A stretch of DNA of 64,000 bases from Candidatus Eiseniibacteriota bacterium (GCA_963823555.1 CAWGMA010000002.1:384001-448000); one strand, 5' to 3'; shown: positions 49,172-59,204, numbered from the stretch's first letter. Numbers and translations: made by a program. Notes: generated by a model from the letters alone, not told the origin.

Positions 49172-49825
49172 TTACGGTGCCTGGCACTTGAGCTCTTCGC
49201 CGAGCCACGTGACCGTGGCCTCGTTGCCCTTGCTCGAGAACGACACGTTCTGGCCCTCGTACTTCCCGCCGCCTCCTGGAACCTGCCAGGCGATGACGGT
49301 CTTGTCGCCGCGCTCCAGGCGCACGGCCGGCGGATCGGTCTCGAAGAACGTGGCCACCACTTCGTTGGCGGGATTGCTCTCGCAGGCGAAGAAGATCGGC
49401 TTCTTCTCGGGGGCCAGCTGCCACTGCACCTGAAGCTCGGAGATCCGGAGCTTGTACTGGGCCTCGACGCATTCCCGGACGCTGGTTGCGGTCCAGCTTG
49501 CGGTCAAGAAGAGCGGGTTCTCCTTGCCCTGGGCCTTCCAGCACTCGTCGCGCCCCTTGATCCAGCCCCGCTGTTCGGCGCGGAGCGTCTTGTCCATGCC
49601 GTCCCTGGCCTTGGCCAGAGCGGTCTTGTAGACCTCGTCGAGCTTCCGGTCGAGGGCCGCCAGCTCTTCGTCGGCGCAGATCAGCTTCTCGACCTCACTG
49701 CTGGCCTTCGTGCAATCGAAGGCCGGGCCCTTGGTCCCTTCCTCGGCCCGGCTGGCGGGGGCCGCGATCAGGGCGCCCGCGAGGATCGTCACCGCAAAGA
49801 TCACGGCGCGCATCTGCCACATCAT
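49172..49825 (-). CDS. LprI (DUF1311)-MliC fusion lysozyme inhibitor
   Basis: Signal peptide; PAFDCTKASSEVEKLICADEELAALD, AEQRGWIKGRDEC; MliC-like GGGKY...FSSKGNEA. Confidence 0.85.
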   Translation of the reverse strand: MMWQMRAVIFAVTILAGALIAAPASRAEEGTKGPAFDCTKASSEVEKLICADEELAALDRKLDEVYKTALAKARDGMDKTLRAEQRGWIKGRDECWKAQGKENPLFLTASWTATSVRECVEAQYKLRISELQVQWQLAPEKKPIFFACESNPANEVVATFFETDPPAVRLERGDKTVIAWQVPGGGGKYEGQNVSFSSKGNEATVTWLGEELKCQAP

Positions 49826-49866
49826 CCTCTTTTCTCCTATCCACCTGTCGATTTCGTGTTCTCAGG

Positions 49867-50709
49867 CTACCGGTGCTTGTTGCGGTACTCGTCGCTGTGG
49901 CGGAGATCCCGCGCCACGTCCGCCTCGCTCCAGTGGTCTTGCATGACCTTCTGCACGTAGGTCTCCCTGCCCTCGGGGTCGGGCTTGCGGTTCAGGATGC
50001 TCCTGTACGCGCGGTCGACGATCTGCTCCGCGTTTTCCCGTGCCAGGGCGGTCTTCTGGCGGTACTCCGGGCTCTTCTGGATCGCCATGCGCACGTCGTG
50101 CTCGTCCCAGCCGTGGTGCATCACCTGGTTCCGGTACTCGACGAGACCGTTGTAGTCTGGCTCCCGCCCCAGAAGGTCCTTGTAGGCGCGCCGCACGATG
50201 CGTTCGGCCGAATCCTGGCTCTGGCCGGTGTGTTCGGAGCTCTTGCGCAGATCCTGCCGGACATCCTGCTCGGTCCAGCCCTTGTCGATCATGAGCTCCC
50301 GGTAGTGGCGAAGGCCCTCCTTGTCCGGCTCCCGATCGAGGATGTCCTCGTAGGCCCGCCGGGTCACGCGGTCGGGATCCACGTTGGTGTTGGGCTGCGA
50401 GTGCCGGTGGTAGTCGCTACGGGAACTCAAGTCAGCGAGCACATCCTCCTCAGACCAGTGCTCCTCGTGCATCAGCGTGCGGTACCGGCGCAGCTCCGTA
50501 TCGGTCGGCTCGCGATCCAGCACTTGATCAAATGCTTTCTTGATGGCCTGGTCCTGCTGTTCGGCCTCCAGGCTGTTGGCCAGGGCCTCCAGCACTTCCT
50601 GGAGCTTCTCGTTCTCCGCCCGGGCCGGGGTGCTCCCCACGCCGGCCAGCATCACCACAGCCGCCACGATCATCGACGGCACATTCAACTGTCTTACCGT
50701 GAAGGACAT
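49867..50709 (-). CDS. Secreted protein with four helical repeats (DUF4214/phycobilisome-linker-like)
   Basis: Signal peptide; four ~50-aa repeats of the form AY..(I/L)L.R.PD.EG...Y.......W.E.DV...L..S.EY. Confidence 0.72.
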   Translation of the reverse strand: MSFTVRQLNVPSMIVAAVVMLAGVGSTPARAENEKLQEVLEALANSLEAEQQDQAIKKAFDQVLDREPTDTELRRYRTLMHEEHWSEEDVLADLSSRSDYHRHSQPNTNVDPDRVTRRAYEDILDREPDKEGLRHYRELMIDKGWTEQDVRQDLRKSSEHTGQSQDSAERIVRRAYKDLLGREPDYNGLVEYRNQVMHHGWDEHDVRMAIQKSPEYRQKTALARENAEQIVDRAYRSILNRKPDPEGRETYVQKVMQDHWSEADVARDLRHSDEYRNKHR

Positions 50710-50917
50710 TCCTGGATCTCCTCGATACGCAACGGGATACGCTTTCAGAGCTGGGTTCCATCGCCAAGGCGCCCATCGTTGGGATGCCCCTGGAAGCATG
50801 ACCGATTCGACGAGTCACGAGCGGCTGGCCCTTGGCGACGGAGTTCAAGGCGCATGGGCCGATTACGAATATCCCTCTGCGTAATGGGGATAACGCAAGG
50901 GCCGGAACCTCCGCCGC

Positions 50918-52750
50918 TCAACCCTCGCCGGCCGTTGCCGCCGATTTCGGGTAGGGGTAGCCCTGACGCAGTGCCCGGTCGAGCGCCGCATCATGGCCGT
51001 AGATATCGCCGACGAAGAACACGACACCCTCGGAGTTCACGTGGACCGTGTCGTAGAAGAGCACGACCATCAGTGGCTCGTGCAGGTTGACCCGCGTGGG
51101 GCTACTCCCCTGCATGGCAGCATCGATCCGCTCCCGGGTCCATTCCGGCTGATCGCGGAGGACCCACTCCCCGAGGCGCGCCGGGTCCTCGAGTCGAATG
51201 CAGCCGTGACTGAAGTCACGCCGGGACCTGGAAAACAGCTGCTGCGCCGGGGTTCCGTGCATGTAAACGTTTTCTGCATTCGGGAAGATGAACTTGGCAA
51301 GGCCGAGCGCGTTCTTCGGGCCGGGCTTCTGGCGGATGTGGAGGCGTCCGGCCGCTACCTTGTCGAGGTTCTCCTTGGTCGCCGGGAGGGCGGGCGCCGA
51401 ATCATCGCCGCTGGCGACGATCTCGAAGTTCTGGTTCGCGATGTAAGAGGGGTCGCGCCGAGCGTGGGGGATGATCTCGTTGATCGTGATGCCACGCGGC
51501 GGGTTCCAGTAGGGGCGGAAGATCACGTACTCCATCTGCTCGATGAATATCGGCGTCCGGTGGTTGAGAGCCTTGCCCACGACGACGTTCATCCGTAGCG
51601 GTTCCTCGCCCGTGGCCGGATCGGTCGCCCAGAGGCGGAAGAGCGGCACGTTGACGAAGACGGTGGGCCGGTCACTCATTTTCGGCAGCCAGCGCATGCG
51701 CTCCATTGCCAGCTCGATCTGGCGAACGCGGTGGCCGAACGGGACATTGAGGGCGGCAAGCGTGCCGGCGCCGATCACGCCATCCTGCTCGAGGCCGTGA
51801 CGGGCCTGGAATCGCTTCGTTGCCTCGACGATGGGCCCGGCATAGAGCGGTGTCCCATCGGGATCGACTTCGGGTGTGAAGTCCTCATTCGCAAGATCGC
51901 CAGAAGTGCGCAGACGGGCTGCGAGCTCGGGCACGCCCTCCCAGGGCTGGCCCGGTTCCATCTTCTTCCGCTCCTTGGGCAGCGCGGGGACGGTCTCGGG
52001 CTCGCCGGCCGCGGCCACCTCCCTGTAGGCGGACAGGGTCCGCCGGGCGCGCGCGTAGTGGGCGAAGGGCGGTTCCAGCTCGGTGATGGTGGTCGCCACT
52101 CCCTTTGAGCTCCTTGCGCCACGGAGCGTGGCGCCAAGGTCGAGCCGCTTCGGGGCCACGTCGTATCCCCAGTCCATGGTCGCGGGGTCGACACGGCCGA
52201 CATGCGATGCCGACACGAGGCGGGCCACGGCGACGCTGAGGCCGAGATCGAAGAGCGCTCGGTCGGTGGCCGAGGTGCCACCCGCTTGCAGGGTGGTCCA
52301 CTCCTGTGCCAGTCGAGTGGCGTCGTAGTCGGTGGGATCGAGCCCGTGATCGCCGGCGCCGGCCAGCTCGGCGAGCGCTTCCTCCACCACCGGGTAGGGT
52401 GTCGCCCCGGCAAACCAGAAGAGCCTGTCGGGTTCCGACTGATAGAGCTCCTTCAGGGTTGGCATCGCATCGGGGATCCGCTTCCACTTGAGCCAGGGAT
52501 GCTCGGCGGCCGCCAGCACCTGATCTACTGCCGCCGCGACCTCCGGATCCGGCGGGCCAGTCGGCTCGGTGGGGCTGTGCTGGGTGGCGGTCGCGGACCT
52601 GGTTTCGGCCACCTGAGAGGTGGCGTCGTCACTCCCGCTGCAGGCGGCGACCAGCGCCAGGCCGAGGATCCACGCCCATGCTCGACGGAGCTCCGAGGAG
52701 CGCCACGACTCAACTCTGTCTTTCGGCATTCTGACTCGCACTCGATGCAT
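50918..52750 (-). CDS. L,D-transpeptidase (YcbB/LdtD-like), probable lipoprotein
   Basis: LVAAC lipobox; PG-binding FQARHGLEQDGVIG; VNVPLF, PYWNPP, ALGLAKFIFPN, YMHGTP, FSHGCIR. Start approximate. Confidence 0.9.
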   Translation of the reverse strand: MHRVRVRMPKDRVESWRSSELRRAWAWILGLALVAACSGSDDATSQVAETRSATATQHSPTEPTGPPDPEVAAAVDQVLAAAEHPWLKWKRIPDAMPTLKELYQSEPDRLFWFAGATPYPVVEEALAELAGAGDHGLDPTDYDATRLAQEWTTLQAGGTSATDRALFDLGLSVAVARLVSASHVGRVDPATMDWGYDVAPKRLDLGATLRGARSSKGVATTITELEPPFAHYARARRTLSAYREVAAAGEPETVPALPKERKKMEPGQPWEGVPELAARLRTSGDLANEDFTPEVDPDGTPLYAGPIVEATKRFQARHGLEQDGVIGAGTLAALNVPFGHRVRQIELAMERMRWLPKMSDRPTVFVNVPLFRLWATDPATGEEPLRMNVVVGKALNHRTPIFIEQMEYVIFRPYWNPPRGITINEIIPHARRDPSYIANQNFEIVASGDDSAPALPATKENLDKVAAGRLHIRQKPGPKNALGLAKFIFPNAENVYMHGTPAQQLFSRSRRDFSHGCIRLEDPARLGEWVLRDQPEWTRERIDAAMQGSSPTRVNLHEPLMVVLFYDTVHVNSEGVVFFVGDIYGHDAALDRALRQGYPYPKSAATAGEG

Positions 52751-52958
52751 CCTTCTCAGATCAGTTTCGTTGTTCCAGGGGAATCCCAACTTGGGGGGGG
52801 GAGAAGCAGCGGCGGCTTCGGCCGCGCTCGTGTGTGCTCGCTTCGAGCGGGCACGCACCATAGCTCCAATGCACCGGGATGGTCTATCCCGTTCACGAGG
52901 GGCCATCTGCGCCCAGGGATCGTCCTGCATCGCCGGCCCCGGCAATACCGGAGGGTCG

Positions 52959-54578
52959 CTATCCCCTGTCCGCCAGGCCCTGCCGGCGGTGGATCTCCCG
53001 GATCTCGCTGATCGGGGTCGCTTCGGCCGGGGACTTGTCGGGGCGGAAGCGCTTGACGCGGGCGAAGCGGAGCGCGAGGCCGGAATCGTAGCGGGAACTC
53101 CGCTGCAAGGTGTCGAAGGCGATCTCGACCACGCGTTCGCGTCGTACGTGGACGACATGCTGGCCGGGATCGCTGATCGCGAGCGAGAGCAGGTCGGCCG
53201 TCATCTCTCTCAGCATCTCATCGGTCAGCCCCTTGAAGGTCTTACCGAGCATCCAGAACCGCGCCGGGTCCTCGGGGTCCCGAGCGCCGAGATGGAGGTT
53301 CGAGAGGAAGCCCCGGCGCCGGCCGTGGCCCCATTCGGCGGCGAGGATGACGAGGTCGAGCGTGGTCGCGGGCTTGAGCTTCCGCCACTGGCCGCCGCGC
53401 TTGCCGGCGGCGTAGGGTGCGGCGAGTGTCTTCACCACCACGCCCTCGTGCCCTGCTGCAAGCGCGTCCTCGAAGAAGCGTTCGAGCTCGGCAGGATCAC
53501 CGATGATGACGCGCGGCACGAGGTGCTCTCCCCGGGTGACGGCGGCGAGCGCCGCCCAGCGTTCGGCGTACGGGCGGTCGATGAGCGGAGCGTCGTCGCG
53601 GTAGAGGAGATCGAAGAAGAGCGCTGTCAGGGGCCGTTCGCTGCGCGCCGCCGCGGCGTCCTCGCGCCCGACGCGGCTCATCGTGTCCTGGAAGGGGAGC
53701 GGCCGGCCGCGGCCATCGAGCGCGAGCGCCTCGCCATCGAGAATGGCACTCGTTGCGGCGAGGGTCTTCCCCATCGCCACGATCTCGGGCACGTTCGCGC
53801 TCACGTCGCGGAGCTGCCGCGAGAAGATGCACACGCGATCGCCCTGCTTGTGGAGCTGGATGCGCACGCCGTCGAGCTTGGTCTCGGCGGCGACCACATC
53901 GAGCCCGGCGAGCGCCTCGGCCATGGTCGTCGCGGTGCGGGCGAGCATCGGGGCGATCGGCACCATCGGTTGCGGCGCGAAGCGCGCCAGGGCGGCCGGC
54001 CCCCCGCGGCGGATGGCCGCGGCGACCTGGGCGAGATTGCCGCCGAACATCTCGGCGCGGGCGACGGTTTCCGGCGCGACATCGAGCGCGCGGGCCACCG
54101 CGGCGCGAACGATCGCGCGCAGCGCGCCCTGGCGAAGCTCGCCTGAAAGGAGGGCGGCGAGGAACTCGCGGCCCTCGACCTCGGCGCGCGCGAAGAGATC
54201 GCGCAGGAGCTCCATGGCTCGTGTCGCAGAGCCGGCGCCGCGCGTCTTCGCGATCGTTGCGAAGGCGTGATCGACATCGACCAGTGTGAGCGGGTGTGCC
54301 GCTGCAGACGCGATGGGGTCCGGAGAGGGGAAGAGGGACAACGTCTCGCCACGGGCCTCGCCAGGGCGCCGTTGTTCGCGGGCCGCCGCGATGGCCTTCC
54401 AGCCGACGCCCAGCGCGCCCTGCGGGATCTCCCCCGAGAGGTAGCTCACGGCGAGGGCCAGATCGTCGGCGTCCAGACGCGCGAGGAGCGCCGCGAGGCG
54501 TTCCTCCTTCTCGCGCCGGCTCGGCGTGGCACGCACCGCGCGCGACGTGGCCGCGAGGTCAGCGAGTGTGGCGCTCAT
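52959..54578 (-). CDS. ATP-dependent DNA ligase
   Basis: PMLA, ETKLDGVRIQLH (KxDG), ILDGE, FFDLL, EGVVVK, WRKLK, ALRFARVKRFRPDK. Confidence 0.93.
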   Translation of the reverse strand: MSATLADLAATSRAVRATPSRREKEERLAALLARLDADDLALAVSYLSGEIPQGALGVGWKAIAAAREQRRPGEARGETLSLFPSPDPIASAAAHPLTLVDVDHAFATIAKTRGAGSATRAMELLRDLFARAEVEGREFLAALLSGELRQGALRAIVRAAVARALDVAPETVARAEMFGGNLAQVAAAIRRGGPAALARFAPQPMVPIAPMLARTATTMAEALAGLDVVAAETKLDGVRIQLHKQGDRVCIFSRQLRDVSANVPEIVAMGKTLAATSAILDGEALALDGRGRPLPFQDTMSRVGREDAAAARSERPLTALFFDLLYRDDAPLIDRPYAERWAALAAVTRGEHLVPRVIIGDPAELERFFEDALAAGHEGVVVKTLAAPYAAGKRGGQWRKLKPATTLDLVILAAEWGHGRRRGFLSNLHLGARDPEDPARFWMLGKTFKGLTDEMLREMTADLLSLAISDPGQHVVHVRRERVVEIAFDTLQRSSRYDSGLALRFARVKRFRPDKSPAEATPISEIREIHRRQGLADRG

Positions 54579-54706
54579 GCCATCATCTTAGACGCAAGGC
54601 AATGGCACGGCCAACCGTGCCGGTCGCGTTGTCGCCGGCAGGGATGATGCGATAGGATCCACCTGCCCGATGGCGATCCGCAGCAACGTGTGCCCAGGAG
54701 TGAACA

Positions 54707-56047
54707 ATGAGCGAGATTCTCCTCTGGCTGATCCTGATTGGCACTTCCGTCACGGCAATCCTGGCCATCATCCTGCTGGCGCGCGCATCCAGGATCTCCC
54801 ATGGCGCCGGGAAGGACCTGCGAGACGAGCTCCGTGCGAGCCGCGAGGAATCCCGGAGCGCGGCGCGAGAGCTCAGGGAAGAAGTGGCCTCCGGCCTCCG
54901 GTCGAACAACGAGGCGCTCACGTGCACCCTCGAGAGCATGGGCAGGCTGCAGCAGACCCAGATCGAGGCCTTGACCACGCAGCTGCTCGAGCTCACCGGC
55001 TCCAATCAGAACGCGCTCGACCGCATCCGTGTCACCGTCGATGCCCGGGTCAAGGAGCTCATGGAGGGGAACGAGAAGAAGCTCGAGGAAGTGCGCAAGA
55101 CGGTGGACGAGAAGCTCCACGACACCCTCGAGAAGCGGCTCGGCGAGTCCTTCAAGCAGGTGAGCGACCGGCTCGAAGCAGTGCACGAGGGGCTCGGCGA
55201 GATGCGACACCTGGCGGCGGGCGTCGGCGACCTGAAGCGGGTGCTGACCAATGTGAAAGTGCGCGGCACCTGGGCGGAGGTTCAGCTCGGAGCGATCCTC
55301 GAGCAGTTCCTCACGCCGGATCAATTCGCACGGAATGTTCGGGTCAAGGCCGACTCGGCGGAGAGGGTCGAGTACGCGGTGCGCCTTCCCGGTCCAGGGG
55401 CTGATCTCGCTGCCGGCCTGTGGTTGCCCATCGATTCCAAGTTCCCCCAGGAGGACTACCTCCGCTTGCAGGCAGCCGCCGAGGCCGGGGATCAGGCTCT
55501 GGTGCAGCAGGCGGCCGAGGACCTGGCGCGAGCCGTTCGCATCGCCGCCAGGGACATCTGCGAGAAGTACGTGAACCCACCCGCGACGACCGACTTCGGG
55601 ATCATGTTTCTCGCCACCGAGGGGCTCTATGCCGAGGTGCTCCGGCAGCCGGCATTGGCCGAAGAGCTGCAGCGCAGCTATCGCGTCGTCGTCGCCGGTC
55701 CCACCACGCTGGCGGCGATCCTGAGCAGCCTGCGCATGGGATTCCAGACCCTGGCCATCGAGGAGCGGGCCGTCGAGGTGTGGAGGGTCCTGGCAGCCGT
55801 CAAGACGGAATTCGGGAAGTTCGGGGAGACTCTCGACAAGGTGAAGCGTCAGATCCATGCGGCCGGCCGCTCGATCGAGAAGACCGGCGCGAGGAGCCGG
55901 GCCATGGAGAGGAAGCTCCGTTCCGTGGAGCGTTTGCCGGACGCGGAAGCATCAGCGATCCTCGCCCTGCCGGCGGGGGAAGACCGGAAACAGGAAGCGA
56001 ACGCGGAGCGGGTCGCGGAGCCGGTCGCGGAGGGCGCCCCGGAGTGA
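54707..56047 (+). CDS. rmuC: DNA recombination protein RmuC
   Basis: N-terminal TM helix and coiled coil; RGTWAEVQL, LPIDSKFP, TTDFGIMFL, GPTTL. Confidence 0.93.
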   Translation: MSEILLWLILIGTSVTAILAIILLARASRISHGAGKDLRDELRASREESRSAARELREEVASGLRSNNEALTCTLESMGRLQQTQIEALTTQLLELTGSNQNALDRIRVTVDARVKELMEGNEKKLEEVRKTVDEKLHDTLEKRLGESFKQVSDRLEAVHEGLGEMRHLAAGVGDLKRVLTNVKVRGTWAEVQLGAILEQFLTPDQFARNVRVKADSAERVEYAVRLPGPGADLAAGLWLPIDSKFPQEDYLRLQAAAEAGDQALVQQAAEDLARAVRIAARDICEKYVNPPATTDFGIMFLATEGLYAEVLRQPALAEELQRSYRVVVAGPTTLAAILSSLRMGFQTLAIEERAVEVWRVLAAVKTEFGKFGETLDKVKRQIHAAGRSIEKTGARSRAMERKLRSVERLPDAEASAILALPAGEDRKQEANAERVAEPVAEGAPE

Positions 56048-56859
56048 GCGACGCGGTCATGGCAGAGGAGATCCGCCGCCGTCTCGACCGCGTCGAGGCA
56101 GAAGAAGATGTTGTCGTCTGTCTGGCCGTCGAATCGGGGAGTCGGGCCTGGGGCTTCTGGTCACGGGACTCGGATCACGATGTCCGGTTCATCTATGTTC
56201 GCCGTCCCGAGACCTACCTCTCCGTTCAACCCCATCGCTTCCGCGATGTCATCGAGAGGCCGATCGTCGATGAGATCGACCTGAGCGGCTGGGATGTTCG
56301 CAAGGCGCTGGCGCTATTCATCAAGTCGAACCCCCCGCTCCTCGAGTGGCTGCAGTGCCCGCTCATCTACCGCGAGCGCTCGGGTCTCGCCCCCGGCCTG
56401 CGCCAGCTTCTCCCCGGTTTCCATTCGCCCCGGGCCAGCTTCTACCACTACCTGCATATGGCGAAGGGCAATTGCCGCGCGTACCTTCGGGGCGACCAGG
56501 TCTGGCGCAAGAAGTACTTCTATGTGCTGCGACCGATTCTCGCAATGCGCTGGATCGAGCTGGACCTGGGACCGGTGCCGATCGAATTCGATCGTCTCGT
56601 GGATGCCGCGGTGGACGACGCCGCCGTGCGCCAGGCGATCGAGGATCTGCTGGTCGCCAAGCGCGCCGGGGCCGAGCTGGATTACGGACCGCGGGATCCT
56701 GTGCTCAGCGAGTTCGCCGAGACGGAGCTGGCTCGCCTGGAGATGACTGTCGGTGATCGCCCTGACCCGAGGCCGTCGCCCGACCTGATCGATTCGCTCT
56801 TCCGGGCGACACTGCGTGAGATATGGGGATCGACCTTGCCGGTCCAGGATGGCAGCTGA
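56044..56859 (+). CDS. Pol-beta superfamily nucleotidyltransferase (PF10127/RlaP-like)
   Basis: AVESGSRAWGFWSRDSDHDVRFIY, DLSGWD, SNPPLLEWL, KKYFYVLRP; GTGA overlap with rmuC. Confidence 0.88.
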   Translation: MSDAVMAEEIRRRLDRVEAEEDVVVCLAVESGSRAWGFWSRDSDHDVRFIYVRRPETYLSVQPHRFRDVIERPIVDEIDLSGWDVRKALALFIKSNPPLLEWLQCPLIYRERSGLAPGLRQLLPGFHSPRASFYHYLHMAKGNCRAYLRGDQVWRKKYFYVLRPILAMRWIELDLGPVPIEFDRLVDAAVDDAAVRQAIEDLLVAKRAGAELDYGPRDPVLSEFAETELARLEMTVGDRPDPRPSPDLIDSLFRATLREIWGSTLPVQDGS

Positions 56860-57008
56860 TGAGACCGAGTCGGCGCTACGAGAAGGCCTACGTGCCCGCC
56901 AAGGCGCGCGCTCTCCTGGGCACGCTTCGACGAGCGCTCCCAGCACTACGAAGTCCGGGCGTGAATCGAATCGGTCTCTGCCGAGGTCGCCGGCCGGCAG
57001 CCCACCCG

Positions 57009-59204
57009 TCAATCCCGCTCGTCGGCCGGCTTCCATCCGAGCACGTCGTGGAGAATCGACCAGCGCCGCCCCGTGCGTTCGGCGCCCTGCCCGAGGATCC
57101 AGTAGTCGTAAGCGCGGGTGATCATGCCCTCGCTCTCGGCGAAGAGGATCCACTCGTCCACCGCGTCCGAGATGTCCTCGGCTCCCATGGTCAGTCCGAA
57201 GGCGTAGGGGAGCTTGACCGGATCGGGCTGCGGCACCACCACCGTGAACTCGGGGTAGAGCAGGGTGGCGGCTGCGGCGCCCTCGGCTGGCATCAGGAAT
57301 GCGTCGATCTCGGGGTGCTTGCCCTCGAAGTACTCGCCGGGTGACTCGAAGGTGACGAAGTCCACGCCCGTGCCGCCGAAGTAACGCCTCATGCTGTAGG
57401 CGAGCTGGGTGGCATCGAGGGGGATGCCGATCTTGAGACCCCGCCGCCGGCGCAGCGCCTCGACCCGGGCGAACTCCTCCCGCCGCTCGTCGCGTACCAC
57501 CAGCCCGACCGTGCCGGTGAAATACGGATTGGTCAGGTGGAGCGACCCGAACCAGTACGGGCGCACCCACATGCCCGGCATCACGTCGATCTCCCCGTTT
57601 GCCAGCATGGCCGGCAGCTCGGCCCACCGGACCGGGATGAACTCGGCCTCGAGCCCGAACGACTCGGCCAGGTTCTGGGAGAGCTCGATGTCGAACCCGA
57701 CGAGCTCGCCGTCGATGTTGAAGAAGCTGAAAGGTACGTTCAGCGGGTCGTAGCCCACGCGCAGCGTGCCGCGTTGTCGTGCCCGCTCGAGGACACGGCC
57801 ATCGGGGGCGGCCCCGGGGGCGTCCGGCGGCGGATCCCGGTGCACGATCGCGGCCGAGAGGGCCCGCGACGCGTGCATCCGTCGGAGCGCCTCGTCCCGG
57901 TGGTAGGTCGTATCGATGGACGCGTAGAGGAGCATGCGCACCCCGACCACCATCACGACTGTGACGACCAGCATCGCCAGGCCGGCGCCGAGCATGCGCT
58001 TCCGCCGGAGCTGGAGGAACCCGCCCATGGCGGCGGCGCCGAGCAGGGCGAACACGAGCAGGTTCATGGCGGTCACCATCGAGTCGAACTTGCCCGTGAT
58101 GATCGTGGTCGGGACATAGAGCTGGAACAGGTCATGCGGGAGCTTGAACAGGTCCAGCAGGAAGGGCAGCGCGACCTGGGCCTTGGCGAAGTAGCTCGGG
58201 ACCCCGGCCGCCAGCAGCATCAAGAAGTCCTTCAACGCAAACGGGCTGCCCGCCAGCCACGCCGCGAAGGGCACGAACAGGAGCGTCAGCATCCGACCCG
58301 CGTTCGGGAAGTTGAAGAGGATCGGGATCAAGACCTCCGCGGCCGAGTCGCTGTCGTTGTTCAGGAGGTTCCGCTGCTTCAGGAGGGTCTTGGAGCGTTC
58401 CACGAGGATGGGGAGGACGATGAACGCGCTGTTCGTCACGAACGCTGTCACCAGGGCGTCGCGGCTGATGCCGACGACCTCGCGATAGGAGAACGGAGTC
58501 ATCGCCGTCACCATGAGCGGCAGGATCCAGAAAGCGAGCACGAGCGAGGCCGCCGCGAAGGTGATGAGGTAGACCTCGAGGCGCTCGAGTGTTTCGCCGG
58601 TGACGGTGCCTGCCGCCACCGCGACGATGGCGAACACGCCGACGGGCGTCAGGCTGATGACGAACTTCGTGACGCTGACCACCGCGGCGTTCGCCACGCG
58701 CAGCGGGGCCAGCAGGCGTTCCCGCTGCTCGATGCCGATCAGGCCGATGCCGATCAGCGAGCTGAAGAGCACAACGGCGGGCACGACAGCGTTGGCGAGC
58801 GAGTTGAACGGGTTCGCCGTGAAGTAGATGTCGGGGATCGAGAACGGCTGACCCGGCTCCACGAGCGAGTTGCTGAAGAAGGATGCGCTCTGCATGCCCG
58901 GGAACGCAGCCGGCATCGCGGCGATCACGGCGAAGGTCAGTCCCCAGGTGAGCAGCAGAAAGACTCCCGCGCGCTTGGCGAGCCGCCTGGCGTGCCCCAC
59001 GTCGAGCTGTCCGAACCCGATGACCAGGGCCAGCACGAGGTAGGGCAGCACCGTCATCTGCATCAGGCGGATGTAGATGTCGGCGATGGGCTGGAGCACC
59101 GTGGCCGCTTCGCCGAGGAACACGCCCGTGAGGAGCCCCAGACCCAGGCCGACCAGGATCCAGGAGGAGAGGCTCAGCCGAGGCATCTTCAACACGGTCT
59201 CCAC
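57009..59204 (-). CDS. Dicarboxylate/amino acid:cation symporter fused to a family-3 substrate-binding domain
   Basis: About 430 aa membrane part (YIRLMQMTVLP, NPFNSLAN), then RGTLRVGY...PFSF...LVGFDIEL. Confidence 0.88.
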   Translation of the reverse strand: METVLKMPRLSLSSWILVGLGLGLLTGVFLGEAATVLQPIADIYIRLMQMTVLPYLVLALVIGFGQLDVGHARRLAKRAGVFLLLTWGLTFAVIAAMPAAFPGMQSASFFSNSLVEPGQPFSIPDIYFTANPFNSLANAVVPAVVLFSSLIGIGLIGIEQRERLLAPLRVANAAVVSVTKFVISLTPVGVFAIVAVAAGTVTGETLERLEVYLITFAAASLVLAFWILPLMVTAMTPFSYREVVGISRDALVTAFVTNSAFIVLPILVERSKTLLKQRNLLNNDSDSAAEVLIPILFNFPNAGRMLTLLFVPFAAWLAGSPFALKDFLMLLAAGVPSYFAKAQVALPFLLDLFKLPHDLFQLYVPTTIITGKFDSMVTAMNLLVFALLGAAAMGGFLQLRRKRMLGAGLAMLVVTVVMVVGVRMLLYASIDTTYHRDEALRRMHASRALSAAIVHRDPPPDAPGAAPDGRVLERARQRGTLRVGYDPLNVPFSFFNIDGELVGFDIELSQNLAESFGLEAEFIPVRWAELPAMLANGEIDVMPGMWVRPYWFGSLHLTNPYFTGTVGLVVRDERREEFARVEALRRRRGLKIGIPLDATQLAYSMRRYFGGTGVDFVTFESPGEYFEGKHPEIDAFLMPAEGAAAATLLYPEFTVVVPQPDPVKLPYAFGLTMGAEDISDAVDEWILFAESEGMITRAYDYWILGQGAERTGRRWSILHDVLGWKPADERD

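Noticed and set aside
49867..50709. True phycobilisome linker protein
   Set aside because: It has a signal peptide and no phycobiliprotein genes nearby; the similarity is only at repeat level.
50731..50759. ECF-type promoter GGAAC...CGTT upstream of the repeat-protein gene
   Set aside because: The 20-nt spacer is longer than usual for ECF promoters.
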